From positions 1 to 17,060 of the forward strand of contig NZ_JAHDSX010000048.1 in the NCBI RefSeq assembly GCF_020969955.1: a stretch of DNA of 17,060 nt. The letters are read 5' to 3'. This DNA comes from Allobaculum fili. GTDB taxonomy: Bacteria; Bacillota_I; Bacilli_A; Erysipelotrichales; Erysipelotrichaceae. Positions 8,021 to 16,080 of this stretch are shown here, in pieces (position 1 is the stretch's first letter; each line of letters opens with the position of its first letter). The notes beneath the pieces are model-generated. The model worked only from the letters and a program-made list of their open reading frames with translations. It was not told the DNA's origin and ran no database searches. Made by a program: the position numbers and the translations under genes.

Positions 8021-9595
8021 TCACTTCTGCTCCGGTTTTCGGTTGATCCGTCGCTTGCCGACAAAGTAGAACTCAAGGCTTCGGTTCTTGTAGACCATCA
8101 CCTTGTCGACCATGGCTCTGACCAGATCGCCATCAAAGTCATCCACGTGTTCGAGCTTCTGTAGGAGATCCAGATAGTTCCTCATCCGGTCACCTTCGTA
8201 TTCCATATCTCGGATCTTTGCTGCCAGTTTTGCGTGGTCTTTTTCCAGCTTCTCATATTCTTCCAGAAGCTCTGTATAGGCTTCATTGAAGTTGCTCGGG
8301 TTCGCTTCAATCAGCTTCTCAGCTTTCTCTGCGATTTTCTCCATCCGCTCCTGAATGCGGTCGGCTTTGGCTTGAAGCTTTTCAGTGTTGTACGTCTCGT
8401 GGAACTTATCAGTCCATTCATCAAGAATGCTCTGTTTGTCTTCAAGCAGTTCATTGAGCGCGTTCACAAATTCCTGTTCCAGTACAGCTTCTGGAACTCG
8501 GTGGGAAGGACAGCGTTGATCGCTGTCGTATTTGTTCTTCCAGCAGATCCATCCAGGCACCTTCTTCTTCGTGTATCGGGTCGCGACGCTTCGGGTGTAC
8601 CAGGACTTACAAGTCGCGCACTGAACTCGGTGGCTGAAGGGAAATGGAGTGTGGCAGCCTAACCGTTCTTTGCCATATCTGTATTTGCGGTCGGCGATCA
8701 TTTTCTGAACCCTGTCGAAGTCTTCCGCGCTGATGATTCCCTGATGGGAGTTGGTTACGTAGTAGGAAGGGATGGCGCCCTTATTTTTGACCTGTTTCTT
8801 GGTGATGAAGTCTGGTGTGTAGACTTTCTGGAGAACCAGATCGCCTTTGTATTTTTCGTTCATCAGCATCTGTTTAATGACGTTGCGGTCCCATTTATCC
8901 CTGCCAAACTTGGTCTTGATCCCGTGGCTTTCCAGATGGTTCTTGATGTCTGTGTAGGTACTTCCGTTCAGAAACATTCGGAAGATCAGCCGGACAATCT
9001 CCGCTTCTTCTTCAACGATCTTAACGCCACCATCCTCGGCTCGGGTATAACCCATCAGATTGCCGTAAGGGATCTTGTAGGTCCCTTCTTCATATTTCTT
9101 CCGGACACCCCATTTCACGTTTTCAGAAATGCTGCGGCTTTCTTCTTGAGCAAGGGAGGACATGATGGTCAGAAGTAGCTCGCCTTTTCCATCAAAGGTC
9201 CAGATGTTCTCTTTTTCGAAATAGACCTCCACGTTATGCTCTTTGAGTTCACGAATGGTCGTCAAGGAGTCAACCGTGTTTCTGGCAAACCGACTGACTG
9301 ACTTGGTGATAATCAAGTCAATCTTGTGGTCGAGCGCATCCTGGATCATTTGCTTGAATCCTTCACGGTGGGCGGTACTGGTTCCGCTGATGCCTTCATC
9401 GGTATAGACGTTTACAAAGTTCCAATCCGCTCGTTCACGGATCATGTTCTCGTAATAGGAAACCTGGGTTTCGTAGCTGCTCTGCTGTTCATCACGATCG
9501 GTTGATACCCTGGCATAGGCAGCAACGTTTTTTCTGGCGATGATTGGCTGAACTCTAGCCATTGTTCTGGTTACTGGGATTTTTCGTACTTGCAT
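8021..9595 (-). CDS. Large serine recombinase (resolvase domain, recombinase domain, zinc ribbon, coiled coil)
   Basis: N-terminal VAAYARVSTDRDEQQSSYETQ (catalytic Ser codon 9505..9503), then DEGISGTS, SVSRFARN and QEESRSISENVK. A Cys-rich zinc ribbon (CATCKS...WICW...CPSH) is followed by a long coiled coil. AAGGAG lies 6 nt upstream of ATG 9595. The gene overlaps the upstream recombinase gene by 25 nt. Confidence 0.9.
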   Translation of the reverse strand: MQVRKIPVTRTMARVQPIIARKNVAAYARVSTDRDEQQSSYETQVSYYENMIRERADWNFVNVYTDEGISGTSTAHREGFKQMIQDALDHKIDLIITKSVSRFARNTVDSLTTIRELKEHNVEVYFEKENIWTFDGKGELLLTIMSSLAQEESRSISENVKWGVRKKYEEGTYKIPYGNLMGYTRAEDGGVKIVEEEAEIVRLIFRMFLNGSTYTDIKNHLESHGIKTKFGRDKWDRNVIKQMLMNEKYKGDLVLQKVYTPDFITKKQVKNKGAIPSYYVTNSHQGIISAEDFDRVQKMIADRKYRYGKERLGCHTPFPFSHRVQCATCKSWYTRSVATRYTKKKVPGWICWKNKYDSDQRCPSHRVPEAVLEQEFVNALNELLEDKQSILDEWTDKFHETYNTEKLQAKADRIQERMEKIAEKAEKLIEANPSNFNEAYTELLEEYEKLEKDHAKLAAKIRDMEYEGDRMRNYLDLLQKLEHVDDFDGDLVRAMVDKVMVYKNRSLEFYFVGKRRINRKPEQK

Positions 9596-10767
9596 GTCTT
9601 TCTCCTTCCATCTATAAAGTGGAACTCCATGGTTCCGTCTGGTTCGACTTCGATCACTTCGACCTGCTCTCGGAAGAAGTCTGTATCGAATTTCTTGATT
9701 CCAAGTGTTCTTGCAGCGATTTTTTCGAGGATAAATTCATCGAGATTGATTGAATGGCACTCTACCAGGTGGTTTCTTCTGGAGTAGCATTGCCAATAAA
9801 TGGTGATCTGATCTTTATATCTTTGAGTGATGCGCTGGAAATTTCGTCCACAGTCTTTGCATTTGAGCTTGCCTGTAAAGGCATTGACTTTCTTACGATT
9901 TCTTCCTGGCTGTCGGTTTTGTTCTGTTCGCTGCTGGGCTTTCTGCCAGGTTTCTTCGTCCACCAGCGGTTCGTGATGGTCTTCGACCAGGTACTGCGGC
10001 AGCTCTCCCTGGTTCTTATGCCGATCATGAAGAATCGGGTCACCTACGTATTCTTTGCAAAGCAGCAGTACTCCAATATAGGTTGGGTTAGCAAGCATGG
10101 CTTTGATCATTGCAGCCTGGAATTTATTGCCTTTCCGAGTCTTCACTCCGGTCCGATTCATCCATTCAAGAATGTCTCGAACTCGCATGCCGTTGGCATA
10201 GTCCTGAAACATCTTTGTGACGATCCAGCCTTCGGTCTCATTCACGATCAGATCATCACCTTTCCAGTCGTAACCAAAGACTGGATTTCGTCCGTTTGGA
10301 ATGCCTTGTTCAAAGCGCTTCTTGATTGCCCAGCGGATGTTATCGGAGATGTTGCGGCTTTCCTCCTGGGCAAAAGAAGCCATGATGGATAGCATGAGTT
10401 CTCCATCATGGCTGAATGTGGAGAGATTCTCTTTCTCAAAGAACACCTCCACGTTATGTTCTTTAAGCTGACGGACAGTTGCTAGAAGGTCGACGGTATT
10501 TCTGGCGAATCGCTGGATGGATTTGGCCAGAATCAGGTCAATCTTTCCCTGCAGAGCCAAAGCAATCATCCGGTTAAACTGAGGTCGCTTCTTGGTGGTG
10601 GTACCGCTGATGCCGTAATCGGCAAACACACCTGCGTTCTGCCAGAGCGGATTGTTATTAATTTTGTTGGTGAAGTGGACGATCTGGTTTGTGATGGAGG
10701 ACTCCATCAACTCGGACTCTACAGAAACTCGGCAATAGGCTGCGACCCGTTTCAGTTTTTTGATCAT
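9571..10767 (-). CDS. Serine recombinase, shorter paralog (398 aa) lacking the long coiled coil
   Basis: VAAYCRVSVES (Ser codon 10725..10723), ADYGISGTT, SIQRFARN, QEESRNISDNIR and a zinc ribbon CKDCG...CYSRRNHLVECH. AAAGGAG lies 6 nt upstream of ATG 10767. Confidence 0.88.
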   Translation of the reverse strand: MIKKLKRVAAYCRVSVESELMESSITNQIVHFTNKINNNPLWQNAGVFADYGISGTTTKKRPQFNRMIALALQGKIDLILAKSIQRFARNTVDLLATVRQLKEHNVEVFFEKENLSTFSHDGELMLSIMASFAQEESRNISDNIRWAIKKRFEQGIPNGRNPVFGYDWKGDDLIVNETEGWIVTKMFQDYANGMRVRDILEWMNRTGVKTRKGNKFQAAMIKAMLANPTYIGVLLLCKEYVGDPILHDRHKNQGELPQYLVEDHHEPLVDEETWQKAQQRTEQNRQPGRNRKKVNAFTGKLKCKDCGRNFQRITQRYKDQITIYWQCYSRRNHLVECHSINLDEFILEKIAARTLGIKKFDTDFFREQVEVIEVEPDGTMEFHFIDGRRKTCKYEKSQ

Positions 10768-10837
10768 GTGGATCTCCTTTCGTCGGACTATATATCACTC
10801 TGAAAGGGGCGATTATCCAGTAAATTCGACGTAGGGA

Positions 10838-11245
10838 TTACTTCAAATTTACGGCTTTGTCGCGACCGAATTTGCCCATATGGAAGCAATGAGAATTGCA
10901 ATACTGCTTCTGATAGCTCTTGTAATTCTCGATCGGGCTGCCGCAGGTCTTGCAATAAGTGATAACCGGGTTTCGTTTATGGACGAGATGCTGGTGCTTG
11001 TTCCACCAGTCTTCCCGACATTTCTGGCAACAGAAGATCTTTCTTTTCGGAGCTTCCTCGGGAAGAAGGGCTCCACAGTGTTTGCAGCGTTTCCGCTGCT
11101 TGGCTTTCTTTCCGGCAAGACCTGCCTGTCTGCACACGTTTTGAACGGCAGATTTTGTCAGACCAAGCTGGCTGGCGATGAAGTCGTAGCTCTTGTTTGC
11201 TTTGCGCATTTCGATGATGGTTTTCTTGTTTTCCTTGCTGACCAT
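10838..11245 (-). CDS. Small DNA-binding protein: sigma-70 region-4-like HTH plus a double zinc ribbon
   Basis: N-terminal IIEMRKANKSYDFIASQLGLTKSAVQNVCRQAG resembles an HTH. The C-terminus has CKHCG..CCQKC and CKTCG..CNSHC pairs. AGGAGA lies 5 nt upstream of ATG 11245. It sits directly upstream of the recombinase pair. Its role (regulator or recombination directionality factor) is not known. Confidence 0.7.
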   Translation of the reverse strand: MVSKENKKTIIEMRKANKSYDFIASQLGLTKSAVQNVCRQAGLAGKKAKQRKRCKHCGALLPEEAPKRKIFCCQKCREDWWNKHQHLVHKRNPVITYCKTCGSPIENYKSYQKQYCNSHCFHMGKFGRDKAVNLK

Positions 11246-11254
11246 GTTGTTCTC

Positions 11255-14110
11255 CTAATCTTTGCAATAGAAGGGAGTTCTGTACCCTTCGGCATTGAGT
11301 ACCAGACCGTTATCCCATGGCGGAAGCTCACACATCTTCTGGCAGATCGTTTCAACCGATATGCTGGGATCAGCTTCTACGATGATTTCATCGTGGACAT
11401 GGGCGACGATTTTGTATTTCTGGCAATTGCTCATGGCGTTCATGAGAAGATCTCGTGAGATCGCCTGCGTGATGTTTTCGACAAATTTCGGACCGTAGCT
11501 TTCCAGCCGTTCCCATTTCTTGTTCAAACCCAAGCCCATGTAGGTCACCGATTCAGTTCCATATTTATTGGTCTCGATTCTTGGCTTGGGGTAAGCCAAA
11601 GATCTTCCTGACGGAAGCTGGATGAAGAGAATGCCTGATGTGTATGAGAAAACCAGGTTCTTGAGAAAGACCGGCTGCTTCGTTCTGAGTGCTTTCTTGA
11701 TGGCTGCATCAACTGCCCACCAGTACTTGACGATTTTCGGATTAGCTTGACGCCAGGAATCAACCAGTGGCTTAAGTTCTTCTTCCTTCATTCCAAAGTC
11801 CAAAGCGCCCATGGCTTTCATCGCTCCTACTGAGCCACCGTATCCACAGTTGTGAACGAGTTTGTTCGATACGGTAAAACGGTGATGTGGTCCGGCATTT
11901 CGTATGTCATAAAGTCGAGTCTTGCTGAGATCAGTTTCCATCCCTTGCATTTTCGTTTTACAGAGTCCTCGGCTTGTTTGATGATTTGTTCTCGGGTATA
12001 TCCTTGGCCGAGTCTTCTGACTACCACATTTCGGGAATAAGGCCAGTACTCTTGCTTGAACTCGCTTAAGACGGTGTTGCGCTTGTTTGCTTGATTTTGC
12101 TCGTGAGAAGCAAATCGAATGTTTCCCGGCTCGTAATTTCCATTTGTATCGATTCGATCTATTTCCAGATGTCGTGAAAGCTGCGGATATAAAGACATGA
12201 GATACTGTCCGGCTTCGATCACAGATGCAAAACGAAATTTGATCCCTCGAGCACCATAATTTCTGTATTCTGGGTCTCTTTCGTTCTCGCATCGGCTTTT
12301 GGCTGCGGTTAATCGCTTTTCTAGCCAAATTGGGATCTTCCGTTTTTGCGAACAAGCCTGGCATCCTTTTGACTTTCCTCTTTGTAATTGATTGAGATCT
12401 TGCCATTGGATACTTTCGCATCCGTTGCACTTTGTTAGGACATAACAGTGATTCCACTTCTGGCTCCAGCGCTTTTGTGGAGAGATGATTGTCACCCAAC
12501 CTAATCGGGTGCCTACCATTTCCGGTTTGTATGAGATGTGTGCCGCTGGAGGCAGCTTTTCCAAATTGTATTGGCTTCTGCGACCCCTTGATCCAGACGA
12601 CATGATCTTTTGTTGCTCGTAGTCCTTCATATTTGATCACCTCACCGATACCTTTCTCAATCACGCCTTCATGCGTGACCCAGTTTTCTCCGTCCCACAG
12701 ACGATGGTCTAAACGGACGTCTTCAATCGGGACCAGTCCTTTATCTGTCAAGACAAGCTCACCTTTGGCAATACACGCCAATTCCGCTTGCTTGCCCTTC
12801 TGTCTCAAGTCTCCGTTCACACCGTGTTTGACCACGGGAACCTTGAACATTCGGCTAGCCGTTTCGCAATAGATATCGCCGTTTTCTTTGAAGACCGTCT
12901 GTCGCCATTCTTCTTCCGCCAACCATGAGAGAACTCGTGCTTCGATCGCAGAGAAGTCTGCGACGATGAAGTCTTTTCCATCCGGAGCGATGAGTGCGGT
13001 TCTGATGAGCTGAGAAAGCGTGTCGGGAATATCGTCATAAAGCATTTCCAAGGCTTGTATATTCATATTGGCAACAAGACTTCTTGCTTCTTTCAGATCT
13101 GGCATTTTGTTCCTGGGGAGATTCTGGAGCTGAACGATACGGCCAGAATAGCGGCCAGTGCGAATCGCTCCATAGAATTGGAACATTCCGCGAATTCTTC
13201 CGTCAGAACAGGCAGAATTGAGCATGGCTTCATACTTCTTGACCGAGGCCATGGCCAGCTGGTTTCGCAGTTCGAGAACGGTTCGTACTTTATCCGAGGC
13301 TTTCTCCATCAAAGCCTTCATGCCTTTCTGGTTGAGGGTATCTGTTGGCAGATTCTGCTGCAAAAGCCACTCCTTCATCTGCGATGGTGAGTTTGGGTTT
13401 TCCAATCCGGTCATCTTTTGAAGACGTTTGAGCAGCGATTCTTTGGCAGATTCGCTGATTTCCAGAGCATGGGTAGCCAGGTTGATGTCGACCAGAACAC
13501 CACAATCGTTAATCCGCTGGTCTAACTGGTACTCCGTCCATATAGACGCTCTGACCGGAAACTTTATCAACCGCTGTTCGATCTCGATTTCCGCTTCTAC
13601 ATCCCGCTTGTTGTACTCCTTGAAAAGCTGCCATTTCTCTGGATCTTCCTGCTCGATGGGACCGCTGCAGAACATCTTGATGAGCGCTCTGCCTTCCTTG
13701 AGCTTTGGCCGTTCAAGGTTCAGCACCTGTGAAAGCTGGTCCAACGATAGCGGAAGCCCAAGCGTGGCTGCATGGACCATGGAGCATTGCCAGTCTTCCG
13801 GATCAAGAAACTCGTAATCATCGAGCATTCCAAGATTTCGGAAATACCTGGACAGACAGATTCTTTCGAAGGCAGCGTTATGTGCCACTTTGATCACGTC
13901 CGGATCGAGAATGGCTTCGATTAGAAAATCAGGCAGTGCTTCAAAGTGCTTCATGTCGATCACATCCACAGGATCGCCATCAAAGGAAAAGGCAAAGAGG
14001 AGGATTTGGAAATCCTCGCTCTCTGCATAGCGGTAAACACCAGCTTTAGAAAGATCAGTAGATGAAGACGTCTCAAGATCGATGAAAAGCCTACGAGAGG
14101 AAGTCATCAT
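11255..14110 (-). CDS. Phage-type family-A DNA polymerase with 3'-5' exonuclease domain, interrupted by an intein
   Basis: Exo I LFIDLETSS and Exo II VAHNAAFE. Pol motif A is FIVADFSAIEARVLSWLA, motif B is split as RQKGKQAELA / CGYGGSVGA, and motif C is IVAHVHDEIIVE. ATG 14110 (GAGGA 5 nt upstream, overlapping the end of the upstream gene) is preferred over the track start at 14221. The exteins are 445 + 197 codons. Confidence 0.9.
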   Translation of the reverse strand: MMTSSRRLFIDLETSSSTDLSKAGVYRYAESEDFQILLFAFSFDGDPVDVIDMKHFEALPDFLIEAILDPDVIKVAHNAAFERICLSRYFRNLGMLDDYEFLDPEDWQCSMVHAATLGLPLSLDQLSQVLNLERPKLKEGRALIKMFCSGPIEQEDPEKWQLFKEYNKRDVEAEIEIEQRLIKFPVRASIWTEYQLDQRINDCGVLVDINLATHALEISESAKESLLKRLQKMTGLENPNSPSQMKEWLLQQNLPTDTLNQKGMKALMEKASDKVRTVLELRNQLAMASVKKYEAMLNSACSDGRIRGMFQFYGAIRTGRYSGRIVQLQNLPRNKMPDLKEARSLVANMNIQALEMLYDDIPDTLSQLIRTALIAPDGKDFIVADFSAIEARVLSWLAEEEWRQTVFKENGDIYCETASRMFKVPVVKHGVNGDLRQKGKQAELACIAKGELVLTDKGLVPIEDVRLDHRLWDGENWVTHEGVIEKGIGEVIKYEGLRATKDHVVWIKGSQKPIQFGKAASSGTHLIQTGNGRHPIRLGDNHLSTKALEPEVESLLCPNKVQRMRKYPMARSQSITKRKVKRMPGLFAKTEDPNLARKAINRSQKPMRERKRPRIQKLWCSRDQISFCICDRSRTVSHVFISAAFTTSGNRSNRYKWKLRAGKHSICFSRAKSSKQAQHRLKRVQARVLALFPKCGSQKTRPRIYPRTNHQTSRGLCKTKMQGMETDLSKTRLYDIRNAGPHHRFTVSNKLVHNCGYGGSVGAMKAMGALDFGMKEEELKPLVDSWRQANPKIVKYWWAVDAAIKKALRTKQPVFLKNLVFSYTSGILFIQLPSGRSLAYPKPRIETNKYGTESVTYMGLGLNKKWERLESYGPKFVENITQAISRDLLMNAMSNCQKYKIVAHVHDEIIVEADPSISVETICQKMCELPPWDNGLVLNAEGYRTPFYCKD
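11827..12630 (-). CDS. HNH/His-Me-finger-like homing endonuclease ORF, +1 frame inside the intein
   Basis: 267-aa ORF in a different frame from the polymerase. Motifs GTRLGWVTII, CNGC...CQAC, EYRNYGARGIKF and IDRIDTNGNYEPGNIRFASHEQNQANKR resemble free-standing phage HNH-type endonucleases. ATG 12630 has a strong SD. The homologous part starts near the alternative ATG at 12519. Confidence 0.65.
   Translation of the reverse strand: MKDYEQQKIMSSGSRGRRSQYNLEKLPPAAHISYKPEMVGTRLGWVTIISPQKRWSQKWNHCYVLTKCNGCESIQWQDLNQLQRGKSKGCQACSQKRKIPIWLEKRLTAAKSRCENERDPEYRNYGARGIKFRFASVIEAGQYLMSLYPQLSRHLEIDRIDTNGNYEPGNIRFASHEQNQANKRNTVLSEFKQEYWPYSRNVVVRRLGQGYTREQIIKQAEDSVKRKCKGWKLISARLDFMTYEMPDHITVLPYRTNSFTTVDTVAQ
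11849..12775 (-). mobile_element. Intein (309 codons) inserted in polymerase motif B
   Basis: The Cys1 codon is at 12775..12773 (CIAKGELVLTDKGLVPIEDV, block A). Block B is LRATKDHVVW. Blocks F/G are LYDIRNAGPHHRFTVSNKLVHN, with terminal His-Asn at 11854..11849 and the +1 Cys at 11848..11846. Confidence 0.8.
12635..12643 (-). promoter_or_regulatory. Shine-Dalgarno site for the internal endonuclease ORF
   Basis: GAGGTGATC on the minus strand is a 9-nt match to the consensus SD (AGGAGGTGATC). Its GAGG core ends 9 nt before ATG 12630. It lies inside intein coding sequence (polymerase frame IGEVIKYEG). Confidence 0.6.
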
Positions 14111-14636
14111 CAGTATCCTCACTGACAAAGTCATCGTTTGCGGTTGTTCTACCTCCCAGACGCGGACCGTCCTTGATCTTCTGAATGTTGCCAAGACCAC
14201 AGGCAACACCTTTATTGCCATTGGAGCTGAACGCGTAGAAGTTCAGAGAAACACGGGCATAGCATCCGGAGTAGACTTCGCTCTGGTCGAGGATTGGCTG
14301 TACGCGACGATCTACGATCTGCGGTGCTTCCTTACTGGACGCGTTCAGGAAGTAGTGGCCTTTATAGACCTCGTCATCTCGTTCGATATCACCATCACGC
14401 AGCGGGAGTTTGATGGCCTGCTTGTTGGGTTTCTTACCGCCGAATTTGGCCAGACCGTTATCGATAGCGGCATCGACTGCTTTCTCGATGGCGGACAGGG
14501 TTTCCAGATCATTTTTAGGAATCAGAATCTGAGTGGAGTACTTTTCTTCTCCACCATTGATAGACACAGGCTTCCATCCGTTGAAGTAGGACAGGCGGGT
14601 TTCTTTTCCCGTTACGACTTTGGTATTTGCTTTCAT
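14091..14636 (-). CDS. DUF2815-type phage SSB-like protein
   Basis: MKANTKVVTGKETRLSYFN... with an acidic C-terminal tail DDFVSEDTDDDFLS reminiscent of SSB tails. ATG 14636 has AAAGGAGAAATAGC upstream and lies 2 nt after the upstream stop. It is preferred over the track start at 14729, which has no SD. The family call is from memory. Confidence 0.75.
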   Translation of the reverse strand: MKANTKVVTGKETRLSYFNGWKPVSINGGEEKYSTQILIPKNDLETLSAIEKAVDAAIDNGLAKFGGKKPNKQAIKLPLRDGDIERDDEVYKGHYFLNASSKEAPQIVDRRVQPILDQSEVYSGCYARVSLNFYAFSSNGNKGVACGLGNIQKIKDGPRLGGRTTANDDFVSEDTDDDFLS

Positions 14637-14637
14637 G

Positions 14638-15729
14638 CTATTTCTCCTTTGTAAATTCGATTTCTTTTCGTTTGTCTGAGACAGGAACCAGAGTTGGCTT
14701 TCCGACTGGTTTTGTGACCAGGTTTCCAAGAATCTCCTGGAAGACAGGTTTGGTCATGACTTTCTCCATATCTGTGATGGTTCTCAGGCTTTTCTTGTAG
14801 ATGTCAGTGAATCCGGCTGCCTGACAAGCAGCGATGACTTTGGCTTCACTCACGTACTTGCGATTGGAGCGGCCAGCGACAAGCTTGAATCCGCTCCACT
14901 TCTTGCCCTTCAGAGCTTTCTGTTGAGCGTAGTCTTTGATCTCTTCTGCCCATTTGATCAGGTCGTCCAGTTTGGGAAGAACCTGCTCGATTTCTTCATC
15001 AGAAAGGCTTGTTGGATCTTTGAATTCATCCTTGGCCAATTCCAGCGCTGCCTCTGCGCGTTTTCTGCATTTGGCTGCAGCTTTGCAAAACTGACACCAG
15101 GAACCATTGCAAAGTTCGCCTTTGCCGTTAAAGGCAAGTTCTGCTTTAGGCTTGAGAACCTCATGAGCCCAGATTTTCAGCTCATCCGGTGTGATGGTCC
15201 AGGAGCTGATGTTTTCTTTGCGCGGCTGGAAAATTGTCATTTCGATGGTATCGATATCGAAGATGCCATCGAACAGTTCCAGAGCACCAAGTGCATACAG
15301 CATCATCTGGGTGTTGTTTTCTGCATTGACCAACACACCCAATCCGTACTTGAAGTCGATCACATGCAGTTTGTTATCACTGGCAATAATGCAGTCAGCC
15401 GTTCCAAAGCCTTCTGGGACGTAAGCGGACAGGTCGAGTTTCTGTTCGATCATGATGACCGGTTTGATCTCATCCTTGATGGTTTCCAGAATCCAGGAAA
15501 CGTACTCGTCGGAATGGCGCTCCATCGCTTCATCCTGGAAGTCGGATTCTGGTCGATCAGACTTCATACCAAGAGCAGCCTTCAGCTCGTGCTCACACAG
15601 AGCATGAGCTGCGGTTCCTTCTTTGGCTGCAAGACCTGAAGTATCCGGATAGGTTTCTTCGAGCCTTGCCGATGGCGTACAATGAAGCCATCGATGAGAT
15701 GAGGATGGAGAAAGAATGCAATGACTCAT
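14638..15729 (-). CDS. DUF2800-type PD-(D/E)XK (Cas4/RecB-like) nuclease with a C-terminal Cys cluster
   Basis: MSHCILSPSSSHRWLHCTPSARL..., VIDFKYGLGVLVNAENNTQMMLYALGA and CNGSWCQFCKAAAKC. GGAGGAG lies upstream, and the ATG overlaps the upstream stop (ATGA). Confidence 0.8.
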   Translation of the reverse strand: MSHCILSPSSSHRWLHCTPSARLEETYPDTSGLAAKEGTAAHALCEHELKAALGMKSDRPESDFQDEAMERHSDEYVSWILETIKDEIKPVIMIEQKLDLSAYVPEGFGTADCIIASDNKLHVIDFKYGLGVLVNAENNTQMMLYALGALELFDGIFDIDTIEMTIFQPRKENISSWTITPDELKIWAHEVLKPKAELAFNGKGELCNGSWCQFCKAAAKCRKRAEAALELAKDEFKDPTSLSDEEIEQVLPKLDDLIKWAEEIKDYAQQKALKGKKWSGFKLVAGRSNRKYVSEAKVIAACQAAGFTDIYKKSLRTITDMEKVMTKPVFQEILGNLVTKPVGKPTLVPVSDKRKEIEFTKEK

Positions 15730-15995
15730 TTCAGCTCCTCCACATCTTTGACAAGAGCCCGGTAGTGAACAGGATCGATCTTCGACAGCCTGTTTGCGCC
15801 GTACTTTTCTAGCAGTTGCTGGATCTGTGCAGTAAAACCGGCTCTGGATTTTTCAGCGAGAATTGCGCGGACTTCTTCGAGTGAGAGTTTTGGCTGCTCG
15901 GGTGGAGTAGAAGATACTGGAGCAGGTTCCGATGCTTGAAGAGAATTGGCAATTCGGTTTAGAACGTTGAGAAGTTCTTTTTGGAATTCATCCAT
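15726..15995 (-). CDS. Small conserved phage protein of unknown function (first gene of the replication operon)
   Basis: AAGGAGGT lies 7 nt upstream of ATG 15995. The C-terminal LSLEEVRAILAEKSRAGFTAQIQQLLEKYGANRLSKIDPVHY resembles small proteins that precede DUF2800 genes in Firmicutes phages (from memory). The track start at 16046 has no SD. Confidence 0.65.
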   Translation of the reverse strand: MDEFQKELLNVLNRIANSLQASEPAPVSSTPPEQPKLSLEEVRAILAEKSRAGFTAQIQQLLEKYGANRLSKIDPVHYRALVKDVEELK

Positions 15996-16052
15996 GGTGA
16001 TTACCTCCTTCACTGGGTAGCCGTGAGGAAGGTAGGTTTGTGACATGAAAAA

Positions 16053-16080
16053 TAAAAAAAACCCTCTATTCCTATAGAGG
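16053..16080 (-). terminator. Candidate intrinsic terminator on the minus strand, upstream of the replication operon
   Basis: A 7-bp stem (16063..16069 with 16074..16080) and a 4-nt loop. On the minus strand it is followed by T8 (A8 at 16054..16061 on the + strand). The stem has only three G-C pairs. Confidence 0.4.

Noticed and set aside
8234-10392. Plus-strand ORFs 8234..8662, 8744..9178, 9562..9787 and 9754..10392
   Set aside because: They are antisense to the two well-supported serine recombinase genes. They have no SDs and their composition is hydrophobic and low-complexity.
10880-11458. Plus-strand 192-aa ORF and nested small ORFs around 10849..11355
   Set aside because: They are antisense or alternative frames of the HTH/Zn gene and the polymerase 3' end, with no independent signals.
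14111-14221. N-terminal extension of the polymerase ORF (MAIKVLPVVLATF...)
   Set aside because: It lies entirely inside the DUF2815-type gene in another frame, has no SD and shows no polymerase-like sequence. ATG 14110 has GAGGA upstream and immediately precedes the Exo I motif.
14637-14729. Upstream extension of the DUF2815-type ORF (METWSQNQSES...)
   Set aside because: It overlaps the 3' end of the DUF2800-type gene. ATG 14636 has a strong SD and gives the N-terminus expected for this family.
14082-15639. Plus-strand ORFs 14082..14654 and 14923..15639
   Set aside because: They are antisense shadows of the DUF2815- and DUF2800-type genes.
15996-16046. Longer version of the small phage protein starting at ATG 16046
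   Set aside because: It has no SD because the ATG directly follows the T-run of the hairpin. AAGGAGGT precedes ATG 15995.
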